Source: Azolla caroliniana (lineage: Eukaryota > Plantae > Polypodiophyta). Taken from it: a stretch of DNA of 64,000 nt. The stretch lies in NCBI GenBank assembly GCA_043228905.1, contig JBHGNT010000005.1:22754001-22818000 (forward strand), given 5' to 3'. Position 1 is the stretch's first letter; each line of letters starts with the position of its first letter. This document shows, one piece after another, positions 37,601 through 47,935 of this stretch. The position numbers and the translations under genes were made by a program. Below the pieces are notes generated by a model. The model worked only from the letters and a program-made list of their open reading frames with translations. It searched no databases and was not told the DNA's origin.

Positions 37601-39569
37601 TTGTTTTTCTCTTCTTTGTTTGCTCAACTGCACTCACTAGTGATATTAAGGCGGCATTTTATTTCAAAATGGAACCAATATTGAGGAAATGCAGAACTTA
37701 GCCATGTACAGCTATTTGTGGTTATTTATTTTAGATTTCAAGGTTTCAGTACTGTTCTCACGAAACCTCAGGAATGGACAATCTGAAAAAGATAACTTTG
37801 CACAAAGAATGGTTGCACTATTTTTTTTGTTAACACTTTATTTCTACCACATGCATACTAAAGCTTTCAATATAGCTACATGCTTAACTGCATTACCCAT
37901 TTGTGTTAATCAGTATATATCATCATAACCTGCAACATCTTGAAGATCCAAAAAATTTTAACAGAGAAAAGGCTTCGGAATGCACATGCTCAATTAAAGA
38001 AAAGAGGCATCCCGCTGGCATCAAATCAAGTGAATTACAGTCTAATCTACAGGGTTCCAGAGAATAATGGTGTCAAGAAAGCTTGTGAAGAATTAGGTGT
38101 AACTCTCATAGCATATTCACCAATTGCACAAGGTATGCAATTCCCTTCAATGCATTAAAGTATAGCAATCAATGGTAGGGTTGCAAGTTTCTTGACTAAG
38201 CAGAGTAGATTTTCAAACTAAAGCAGATGCAGAACATCCTCAGTTATTAGTGATCCACCGGAAATTAGTTGATTTGCTTTTGTTCTTCATAAAAAACTAT
38301 AGGTATTCTTTCTGGAAAGTACAGCCCTGACAAGATACCGTCAGGACCGCGAGGCCAGATTTATAACAAAGAATATCTGAGAAAGGTTTGAAACAAGCTA
38401 ATTCAAAAACATTCTTCTGTAATATAGATATAACCTAATAGGGTTGGTGAGGCAATTGATCTGCCATTACATTATGCTGTTTCCTTTTCTCAATCAGGCT
38501 GCTCCTTTATTGCAAGCACTAGGTGAAATCGGTGAACGTTATGGGAAGACTGCTACTCAAGTAAATCAATTTTCTGATTAAGCCCTATATTCCTGGATGC
38601 TTTTAAATTCTTTACTTTGGTTCCTGACCTTTGCTGTGGTTTGCATTAGGTCTCACTAAACTGGTTGCTGGCGCAAGGAGACGTAATTCCTATTCCCGGA
38701 GCTAAGACAGCAGCTCAGGTAAGATTCAATGTCATGGGTAATAGTGTAGTTAGCAATTAAACACTGAATGATCAATACTAATATGTAGTAAACGCCCATT
38801 GTACTATCTATACCAAAGTAGCAACCACTATTGAACTATATATACAAATGTGTAGCAATAATCCAAATAGACTATCACTAATGTCTTGCAACTACCTGCG
38901 ACTGTATCTATATACCAGTGTTGCGACCACCATTGAACTATCTATACCTATGTATCAACTACCATTATCAAACCATATATATCACTGTAGCAACTACCCA
39001 CTGAACAATTTGTTCCAATGTGTAGCAACCACCCACTGCAATATCTATACTGATGTTTAGCAACTACCACTGAGTTATATATGATAATGTGCAGCAATAC
39101 CCACTGAACTATCTTTACTTAACTATCCACTATAAATCTATAGGGATGTGTAGAGTATCTGTACTAAAAACGTGGAAAAACTAGCTAGTGAGCTAGCTTT
39201 ACGCTTTTGTAGCAACTGATTTCTCTTGCATAGAAACTCCCTAATTAACTAGCTTAGACTCCTGTGAACTACCTAGTACCAACTACCTAGTGAACTAGCT
39301 ATTCTGTTGTATTGTATACCAACTACTAATGAACTAGCTATGCCCTGTGTAGCAACTACATACTGAACAATCTATGCGAATGTGTTGCATTATGTGGTCC
39401 ATACTTATGGGTAGCAAATGCATATTAACTTCTTCTACATTGACTTCTGTAGGCTCAAGAATTTGCGGGAGCACTAGGTTGGACTTTGACACCTGATGAA
39501 GTTGAGGAGTTGCGAAAACTAGCCTCAAAAATAGATTCTATTAGAGGATTTCCTCTCGAATCTTTGTAA
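28361..39569 (+). CDS. Chloroplast-targeted aldo-keto reductase (At1g06690-like), 12 exons
   Basis: Exons 28361-28700, 30804-30878, 30983-30999, 32007-32047, 32402-32563, 32642-32664, 33134-33205, 37965-38132, 38303-38385, 38498-38560, 38650-38718, 39453-39569. Ser/Pro/Arg-rich transit peptide. AKR motifs [68 protein letters not shown]. Confidence 0.94.
29100..30060 (-). pseudogene. Decayed PPR-like sequence inside AKR intron 1
   Basis: Minus strand [24 protein letters not shown] resembles ..F..MQQEGV.PD..TF..LL.AC. It occurs twice, 147 bp apart (29761 and 29908). Many stops. Confidence 0.4.
33660..34495 (+). mobile_element. RTE/RTEX-like LINE copy D, RT part (old, decayed)
   Basis: [42 protein letters not shown] and YTYLGVT are colinear with copy B. 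Confidence 0.8.
34674..35517 (+). mobile_element. RTE/RTEX-like LINE copy E (young 3' fragment beside a (CT)n tract)
   Basis: Uninterrupted 205-aa ORF (34679-35296) very similar to the copy B C-terminus. 3'UTR stem-loop and (CTTT)n tail. Starts immediately after (CT)n at 34645-34673. Confidence 0.92.
35555..36405. mobile_element. ~850-bp foldback (long imperfect palindrome) element
   Basis: Arms pair over ~400 bp: TTAATGATACTTATT (35561) with AATAAGTATCATTAA (36386); GTTTAATGAGGAGTTCACCAAAGTG with CACTTTGGCGAACTCCTCATTAAAC; ACTCTACTAAGAGATAAGTGTG with CACACTTCTCTCGTAGTAGAGT. Centre near 35975. Confidence 0.85.
36419..37470 (+). mobile_element. RTE/RTEX-like LINE copy D, 3' part (old, decayed)
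   Basis: WELL.ERYSR...[33 protein letters not shown] and [11 protein letters not shown], with a degenerate 3'UTR (GGACATTTTGGCC). Confidence 0.8.
38780..39380 (+). repeat. Degenerate ~35-40-bp minisatellite in AKR intron 11
   Basis: More than 10 units of TGTAGCAACTACCCACTGAACTATCTATAC. Confidence 0.8.
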
Positions 39570-40786
39570 AATCATCATGAATCATGAATTAAGTCTGTAT
39601 TTCATGTACATTGTATAGTAAAATATTGTTTTATTCTAATATGAAAATGTTATGAAAAGTGTTGTGAGTGTTCAAAATGACAGATTCGTCAAGTTACATT
39701 GAAACGTTTGAGGTGAAAAGGAAGATCTATATGAATTAGAAACTTTGCATTACAACACATTCAATAGAAGATATAAACAACAGTTTTGGGACCAGAAACG
39801 ACACTTCACTATCATAACATGGAACCACTAAGAATAATGTTTCATCCATTTTTCATTCCTTATGAGTATTGGGAAAAGAAGAACTGCTAAAAATTGAAAA
39901 GTCAGGTGGTTAAAACATCAGCAATGATTTCTAGTTAGAGGTATTTGTTTGTGGGAAATTTAGATGTGGTGGATTGTCAAATCTACATGTCATCTAGGTA
40001 ATTGGGGGATTTTACTAAGTTATGGTTACAGCTATGCTTGTGTCTTTGGTGGCTTTGTGGTTGATCAAATGAAGTTGACTTAGTGCACCTCATTATTAAT
40101 GAGTGATTGAATTGTGTCACTTAATTGAGCTTGAGCCCCATGATCACGAATGATCTAGATTACATCAATTAGCATGATTGAGGTTGGGGATACTCGATAA
40201 GTCTTCAAAATGAAATAATAATAAATTTGTGTTGCAAAGATGTTGTAGTACCAGTTCTTTTTGCGAGGTCAAGATGACATTCTTTCTTTGGTACCTTTTA
40301 TGTAAAATTTTCAATCATTTCATCGAAAGTTGTGTATCAACAATTTAGGCTTGCTTTTGGGTGGAGTTTGATGAAGCTCAAGGAATATGAAGCTCGAATT
40401 TGAGTGAGCGAGAACTTGTTTGTGAGCAAGTGCAACTCAAAGTTGGCGGCCTCAACAAGTCATGCGATCTTAATACCATGATTGTAACTACTATGCTTGA
40501 AGAGTCTAATTATAGACAAAGTTAGGCCTAAATAAATAGCAAGCGGAAAATCTTCATCGACATATAATATGGATGGCTAGGATTTCAATATTACAAAGTT
40601 GATGTCTCATATGTGTTGTTTCTTCCTCTTCTCTTCTCTAGTGGTCCTAAGGAGTAAGCTAATCTCATTGACGGTGACAAATAAATCGTACCACCCAAAT
40701 AGACGAAGGCATATAGGTGTGTAGGAGGATAGTTCTTCATTTGGTGTGATGAATCCAGAGATATGGTTGTATGAGAAGCGCATGTT

Positions 40787-41460
40787 CGGCATTTGTTTTT
40801 ATGCAGGACATGGAAGGGACACGAACAAGAGCGTTTTTGTTTTTATGCCGGACATGGAAGGGATACAGACAAAGCGTCCAACATTTCTTCATGCTGGACA
40901 TGGAAGGGACTCAAACAAAGCATCTAACAAATTTTTTTATGTGAAGCATGGAAGGGACACGGACAAAGCGCTTGCGTGTAACAATCGGCAATGGTTCTAT
41001 GTTTGAACCGAACCAACCAAACCGCGAAACTGCGACTTAACGGTTCGGTTTCACCTGTTAGAAACCACGGTTTAAATGGTTTAACAGTTTTTTATTTTTT
41101 ATTATTTTTTAAATTTAAAAAAAAAATTGAAATAAAATGTTTTTAAACAATCTTTTCATTTTCATGCCTTATTCTCACATTTTAGGAAAATCTTTAAATT
41201 TTTGAAAATTTAAATAATGAAATATTTTAAAATTTTAAAATTTGACCTAAGTTGAAAACCGAAACCAAACCATGAAACTGCGGTTTTACTGGTTTAATGG
41301 CTTAATGGTTAGAAAAATTTGTAATGGTTCAATTCAGGTTTCTAATATTTTAAAGGGTTTGGTTTTGACCCTCTCGAACCGAACCGAACCTTTGCTGATT
41401 GTTATCTGAGTGGCATTTCTTTGTGCCGGACATGGAAGGGACTCGGACAGAGTGTTCGGG
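40787..41460 (+). repeat. ~45-50-bp tandem repeat (core GGACATGGAAGGGAC) upstream of CSB, split by a MITE
   Basis: Cores at ~40806, 40850, 40896 and 40946, with a fifth at 41428 after the MITE. Confidence 0.85.
40979..41404. mobile_element. hAT-type MITE (subfamily 1)
   Basis: TIRs TAACAATCGGCAATGG / CCTTTGCTGATTGTTA. The body is an inverted homolog of 26436-26890. TSD degenerate (CTTGCGTG / TCTGAGTG). Confidence 0.88.
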
Positions 41461-41485
41461 CGGTTGGTTGTCCGCCCCTTGTGGA

Positions 41486-41633
41486 CACGTGTGTGGCACC
41501 TATACGCCGAGAAACCAGTTGTGCCTGCCACGTGGGCGCCTACTTGGCAGCCGGCTTCTGCCCACGTGGCAAGGCTTGTCTGGGAAGCAACACAAGCTCC
41601 GTGACGTCGGACGGCACGTCAGCTGCTCACGTG
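41486..41633. promoter_or_regulatory. G-box/ACGT cluster in the CSB proximal promoter
   Basis: CACGTG at 41486, 41529, 41563 and 41628, plus TGACGTC at 41602 and CACGTC at 41615, in a GC-rich patch just before a (GA)n tract. Confidence 0.65.
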
Positions 41634-41736
41634 GCACTTTCTCCTCCTGAGAGAGAGAGAGAGAGAACAGACAGAGAGACAATATATGTACTGTATACGG
41701 AGAGAGAAAGACATGGAGCTTTGATCCGCCATCGCC

Positions 41737-41772
41737 ATGAACTACACAGACGGAATAGCAAGACTTCCCTGA
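41737..41772 (+). promoter_or_regulatory. uORF1 (MNYTDGIARLP*), paralog of the CSB N-terminus
   Basis: Preceded by GCTTTGATCCGCCATCGCC, near-identical to the context of the main ATG. 11 codons plus TGA. Confidence 0.65.
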
Positions 41773-41868
41773 GAGAGACAGACGGGCACAGGCGGAAAAA
41801 AGCAAAGACACCTGTGATTGATTCATCGAATATACAGCCCGTTCTGGAGCTTTTGATCCGCCATCGCC

Positions 41869-41904
41869 ATGGACGACACGGATGAAAAAGCAAGCCTCCT
41901 CTGA
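41869..41904 (+). promoter_or_regulatory. uORF2 (MDDTDEKASLL*), paralog of the CSB N-terminus
   Basis: Same TTTGATCCGCCATCGCC-ATG cassette. 11 codons plus TGA. Confidence 0.65.
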
Positions 41905-42011
41905 GACAGAGACAGACGTACAGACATGTGATCGATCGGTAATATATATACGCATAGATAGACAGCGATAGAGTGAAAAAAACGTAGACGGAACTTTGAT
42001 CCGCCATCTCC

Positions 42012-45000
42012 ATGGAAGAAACAGACGAAGAATCAAGACTTCTTTCCATCCTTGGCGTCACTGCTGCCAATCCTGAAGACATTGAGCGTGATGTTATTGC
42101 TGCGGTTAGTTTTTTTGTCCTTCCTCACAGACTTTCCTTCTTCAATCTCGTCTGGTAGAAGGAAAGTTTCGTATTTCCTTCTCAACCATTGACTTGTTTC
42201 CTGTGTAGGCGGAAGAAGGAAGGAAGAGAAAAGAACACGACAGAAGAAAGAAAGAAGAACAAACCAAGAGAAGGAAGAAAGGCCTTCCAAAGGAAACACT
42301 ACAGGAAGACGAGGAGGAGGAGATCCATGGGGATGGTGATGAAGGTGAAGGTGAAGATCATAGTCAAAGAGCTTTGCTTCGGAATCGTCTCACTGCACTT
42401 GATCAGGAAATACAGGCTGTAGAGTCTGGCTTGCTATACCTTCAAGAAGAAGATGAAGAAGAAGATGAAGATGAAGATGAAGAAGAAGAAGAAGAAAAGA
42501 AAGATGAAGGAAAAGAAGGTAGCGATGAACAAGTGGAAGAAAAGAAACCGCAGATAATGAAGGAAACTACCAATGGAGTTGACGGTCTTAATCTGCAACG
42601 AGCACTTGGTGAAGAACGATTAGAAAGCTTGAAAAGAAAGAGAGAAAAGCTGTGGCAGAGGTTAGGTACATTGGAAGCCGATCTTCTTTCTCACAGAGAT
42701 GATGATAAATCTAAAAACCTTGCAGATCAACATACAGAAAGTGTAAACAAGATTGGAATGCATGTGAAATTTTCCAATCACGAAAAAGAAAGTGCTTTTC
42801 CTTTGGAAAACGAGGACGAGTTTGACATTGCTATAGATTCCTCATCTGGTTTTGTTGAAACTGTAAGGAACATTCCTTTTCATGAAGATCTTGAAGGATT
42901 TCTTTAATAATTTTTGTTTATAAGACTGCAAAGAGTGTCTCTGCTGTTGTAGAGTGTTGCATATTTATGAGTTGAAGCTTAATGAAGAGCATGGTTGTAA
43001 GTGAAATGTGTAAGCTCTACAATTCCTTTTCATGGTAGTCTGAGCTGAGGCTTAATGAACATCAATGTAGGAATTGTGATGAGTTTCCCTTTCAGTAGTT
43101 TGTATTTTATGAGTTTAGACTTAATGAAGATCACTCTGCAGAAGTGTAATGTGTGCCCCCATGCAGATTTTATTGTGTTCCTCATTATCTTGTACTTATA
43201 AGCTGAGGCTTAATGAAGATCACTGGAAGAAGTGTAGCAAGTGTCTCGTTTCGTGTAAATTTCAATGGCCCAGAATGAACCATAGATCTGAATAGTTTTT
43301 GTTGCCTTTGTTGAAATGGTTTTTCTGTTCTTTCATATAGGTTTGAAAGTTTTCTTCAGTATTGTGTGTTTGAGTTGAGGCTTAATGATGGTCATTGCAG
43401 GAACGTGATTTTCTGATACGCACTGGTGTGGTCACCCCATTTGATTGTTTGAAAGGATTTGAACGCCGAGTGGAGATGTCAACAATCAATGGTAGCTTGC
43501 AAGAAAGCTCTATTGCTAATGCTACTGCATCAATGGCTGCTATTGCGAAGGCTAGGCCAGCTACAAAGTTAGTAGATTCGTCTGAGCTTCCTAAGCTTGC
43601 TCCTCTGACTCGAGAATTTCGCCGAATTAAGAAAGTACAACATTATAGTGGCCCTGAAGAGAAGCTGGCCAAATCGATTAAAGGGCAGAGAGAAAAAAGA
43701 AAGAGGCCGTTGCCAGATTTGAAATGGAGAAAGAGAATGCAAACAGAAAGTGATGTTCAAGTAAACGCGGAAGATGACCAAAGGGAAGGTAGAAATAATC
43801 ATTAATTAATTTTCCTTAAATCACCTTGAGTGTGCCATCTGTCTTTGCTAATACTTTGTGGATAACTTGGATGTGTTTAAACAGAAGTTGAAGCCACAGA
43901 AATGGAACTATCTGAAGGATCCAAGTTTCCAGACCAGGAGGAAACAGAGATGGAAGATGACGTATTACTTGAAGGTGGCCTACGGATACCCTCTCTGATA
44001 TATGAAAAACTATTTGACTATCAGAAAACAGGAGTCAAATGGTTGTGGGAGCTCCATTGTCAAAAATCTGGTGGAATTATTGCAGATGAAATGGGACTTG
44101 GGAAGACTATTCAGGTTGCTGCATTTCTTGCGTCTTTGCACCACAGTGGCCTTTACAAGCCAAGTATTGTAATGTGCCCTGTTACCCTCCTAAGGCAGTG
44201 GAAGCGAGAATTACGGAAGTGGTATGATAAATTTGAAGTTGAGATTCTACATGACTCTGCAATGTCTGGCTTGACAAATTCCAAGGGGAAAGCAAAAGAT
44301 AAGGTATCATCTGATGATGAAGGAGAAGACTCGAGTGATGATTCAGAATATACACCAAAAAAGCATACACCTCTGAAACATAAAGATAGATGGGATAGTC
44401 TAATCAAGAGAATTGTGAATCATAAGTCGGGACTTTTAATAACTACATATGAACAGCTTCGGATTTTGAGAGAGAAACTGTTGGATCATGAGTGGGGTTA
44501 TGCTGTGCTGGATGAAGGGCATAGAATTAGAAACCCAGATGCTGAAGTTACCCTTGTATGCAAGCAACTACAAACAGTTCATCGTATTATCATGACTGGT
44601 GCTCCAATTCAGAATAAGCTTACTGAACTATGGTCCCTCTTTGATTTTGTGTTTCCTGGGAAGCTGGGTGTTTTACCTGTATTTCAAGCACAGTTTGCAT
44701 TACCCATTGGCATAGGTGGCTATGCAAATGCTACACCTTTGCAAGTTTCAACTGCTTATAGATGTGCTGTTGTGCTAAGGGATCTAATCATGCCCTATTT
44801 GCTTAGAAGGTTAAAGTCTGATGTGAATGCACACCTCACCAAAAAGACTGAGCACGTTCTTTTCTGCAGCCTAACAGAGGAGCAACGATCTGCTTATCGA
44901 GCATTCCTGGCTAGCTCAGAAGTTGAACAAATCTTTGATGGAAACAGAAATTCTTTGTATGGGATTGATGTCCTCAGGAAACTTTGTAATCATGCTGACC

Positions 45001-47204
45001 TTTTAGAGAGAGAACATAGTGGTAACCATCCAGATTATGGAAACCCTGAAAGAAGCGGAAAATTGAAGGTATTAGCACAGGTGCTGGATGTATGGAAGAC
45101 TCAAGGACATCGTGTTCTCATCTTCACACAAACCCAGCAGATGTTGGACATTATTGAGAAGTACGTTATCAATAAAGGATTAACCTATCGGAGAATGGAT
45201 GGGTCTACACCAATTCGGCAACGAATGGCATTGATTGATGAATTCAACGAATCATCTCATGTCTTTGTTTTCATCCTTACCACCAAAGTTGGTGGATTAG
45301 GAACGAACCTTATTGGTGCAAACAAAGTCATAATTTTTGATCCAGATTGGAATCCATCAACTGATATGCAGGTAATAAATCCACTGTTCTAGATGTGCTC
45401 CATGCATGGTTTTTGCCACTGTGTACCTTCCTTTCCTATGGTTACAGCATTTGATAACATTTCGCAGCACTTAGAGATTTAAAATTTTCAGCTTTGAGTA
45501 AAGGATCTCATCAAGATATTGGTTGTACGAATATGGTATGTGTGTTAAAAATTAACGCTAGATTTCTGATCATTCACAGGCAAGAGAGCGGGCGTGGAGA
45601 ATTGGACAAACTCGGGATGTAACAGTGTATCGTTTGATAACACGAGGAACCATTGAAGAAAAGGTTTACCATCGGCAAATTTACAAACACTTCTTAACAA
45701 ATAAAATTTTGAGGGACCCCAAGCAAAGGCGTATTTTCAAGGCCAGAGATATGCGGGATCTTTTCACATTAAACGAAGAGACACAGGAGTCAAGAACTGA
45801 GACGTCCACATTATTTTCTGAACTCGATAATGTGGAACTGATTACTGAAAAGCAAAAGATGTCTAAATTAACTCATAATTTAAAGCCAGAGAAAGGCAAC
45901 ACTTCTGTAGAGGGTGATGGCCCACATGAAGATGAATCAAAAATTTTAAGGTGTCTTTTTGAGGCAAATGGGATTCATGTAAGTATCTTGGTATATTCCT
46001 CATATCACCACATCACACTTTTTGTCAGAATCTCCTTTTAAAGGGTAACACTTTCCTTTGGACTTCATGCATTATGGGAAAAATTTTGATTTCAATGTTG
46101 TTAAGCCATTTATAGGAGCCAGTCGCTAGTATGCATGTTCCCAAACTAGATTTTATTAACAATTCCTGAAATGAGAACAACATGAAAAGCATTGCGCTAG
46201 ACTTAGCGCACTACCTCAATATTGCAAAGCACAAGCTTTATTGTTATACTATCATATTTATATATTTGAACTTCAAAAATAATTTTGATAAGGTGACCCT
46301 GTGAACCTGCATACAACAATTTGTGGGAATTTCTAAAGCCTCTTGCATGATGTATAAAGTTAACGTGGGCACGTTGTACTTTAGCCCATAATTTCTTGTT
46401 GAAAAGGTCTGGACTCAACTTTATAGGCAATGCGGGCACTTTTACTTTATGGGCTAAAGTATCTGGACTAAACTCTAGAATGTAATGTCTTGTTGAAGGT
46501 CTGGGCTAAAGTTTACTTTCCCCTTGCAGTCAGCGCTTAATCATGATGCTATAGAGTCGATGAATGAATTGGAAAAGGTGACAGTGGAGAATGAATCTTC
46601 TAGGGTTGCTCAGAGAGCAGCACAAGCAGTGTTGCAGTCTCGTATGCAAAGAAGTGGGGACAGCGTAGCTGTGCCCACTTGGACTGGCAGGTCAGGAGCT
46701 GCAGGAGCCCCTGTAGCACTGCGTAGAAGGTTTGGGTCAACTTCGAATTCTAGAATTCTACCATCATCAACTGCAGAAGGAAGCAATTCTAATCAAATTT
46801 CCTCTGGGTCTGGGTCTGGCTCTGGTGGCTTAGGCCGAACCGGGGCAGGTATAGCTGGGAGGTCAACTGGGTTAATGAGCTCGAGAGAGGTTCTTGCTCG
46901 CCTTAGAGATCGAGCCAGTGTAGATATGGGAATAGAAGTTGCACAAAGGTATGAGAGACCTCAACAAAGAGATATAGAACCTGCTAACCTTGTTAGGCAG
47001 CTGCAGATGTTTATTGAGCAGAATGGAGGCAGTGTTTCTTCAACCCATATTGTTTCGAATTTCAAAGATATGATTCCAACAAGTAGGCTTCCATTGTTTC
47101 GGCAGCTTTTGAAAGAGATAGCGGTTTTAAAGAAGGAAGGGGTAGAAGCAAAATGGGTACTGAAAGATGCTTATCAACCAACAAATGTTGAGGACGTAGC
47201 TTAA
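42012..47204 (+). CDS. CHR8: CSB/ERCC6 (CHR8) SNF2-family transcription-coupled repair ATPase, 6 exons
   Basis: Exons 42012-42104, 42209-42862, 43401-43788, 43885-45371, 45580-45978, 46530-47204. N-terminal [16 protein letters not shown] and [16 protein letters not shown]. Helicase motifs [53 protein letters not shown]-terminal [14 protein letters not shown] and WHD-like [10 protein letters not shown]. Confidence 0.96.
42969..43400 (+). repeat. Degenerate ~70-90-bp repeat in CSB intron 2
   Basis: Core GAG(T/C)TGAGGCTTAATGAAGATCA at ~42969, 43042, 43111, 43200 and 43372. Confidence 0.75.
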
Positions 47205-47556
47205 CTATCCCATTGTTTGTACCAAGAGTGTCAATCAGCCCAGTGGTAAAGAGAACACTGTCCATGTTGAGTGTAATGGAAATTTTGAGATTGACTACCC
47301 AAGTATGTGTATGTCTGTCTATGTTTTAGCCAAGGTTTTCCTGTCAACAGTCAAACGACTGAAGGAAGACATGTACCATATTATTAAGCTCCGACCTTGG
47401 TAACCATACTTTTTGTTATTTCATACAAGGAGGATTGTCTCCTAAGTTTTGTAAAGTTGTCACAATTTTTTTGCCAGTAATCAAAGATTATTTGCCCTCT
47501 AAACAATAAACCTGAATGATCAATTAATAAGTATGAATGTGCGTGTCTCTTTATGT

Positions 47557-47783
47557 ATGCATATCTAATGAGGTGGGTAGGATGGTTAAAACTTAATACC
47601 TTGCTGCATTTGGGTTAACCATTGGGTGTCTCCAACAAGTTCTTCACAGGTGATGTAATTTTCAACAATAAAATTACATCAGATGCATATCTAATGAGGT
47701 GGGTAAGATGGTTAGTACCTTGCTGCATTTGGGTTAACCATTGGGTGTCTTCAACAAGATCTTCACAGATGATGTAATTTTCA
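47557..47783 (+). repeat. Tandem duplication (~100 bp) with an inverted filler at the junction
   Basis: ATGCATATCTAATGAGGTGGGTA...GATGTAATTTTCA at 47557 and 47683. Junction hairpin at 47651-47681. Confidence 0.85.
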
Positions 47784-47802
47784 TTGGTTATGGTCTTTGA
47801 TT

Positions 47803-47935
47803 GGAAGGAGAAAGAAAGAAGGATATATTAACCTCTTTTAAGAGGCCAAAATGGCCTGTCAGACCAAATAAGAGATTACATCTTAAGTGTTGGCTTGTCT
47901 TTGAGAACAACAAATCAAAATAAAATGAATGTTCC
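47803..47935 (-). mobile_element. RTE/RTEX-like LINE copy F (3'UTR only, ~130 bp)
   Basis: GAAAGAAAGAAGGATATATTAACCTCTTTTAAGAGGCCAAAATGGCCT...AAATCAAAATAAAAT matches the copy B 3' end at 12690-12810. Confidence 0.88.

Noticed and set aside
40787-41460. CRISPR-like look of the GGACATGGAAGGGAC repeats (also the 42969-43400 and 50070-50335 arrays)
   Set aside because: Eukaryotic context, the spacers are homologous to one another, and there are no cas genes. These are minisatellites.
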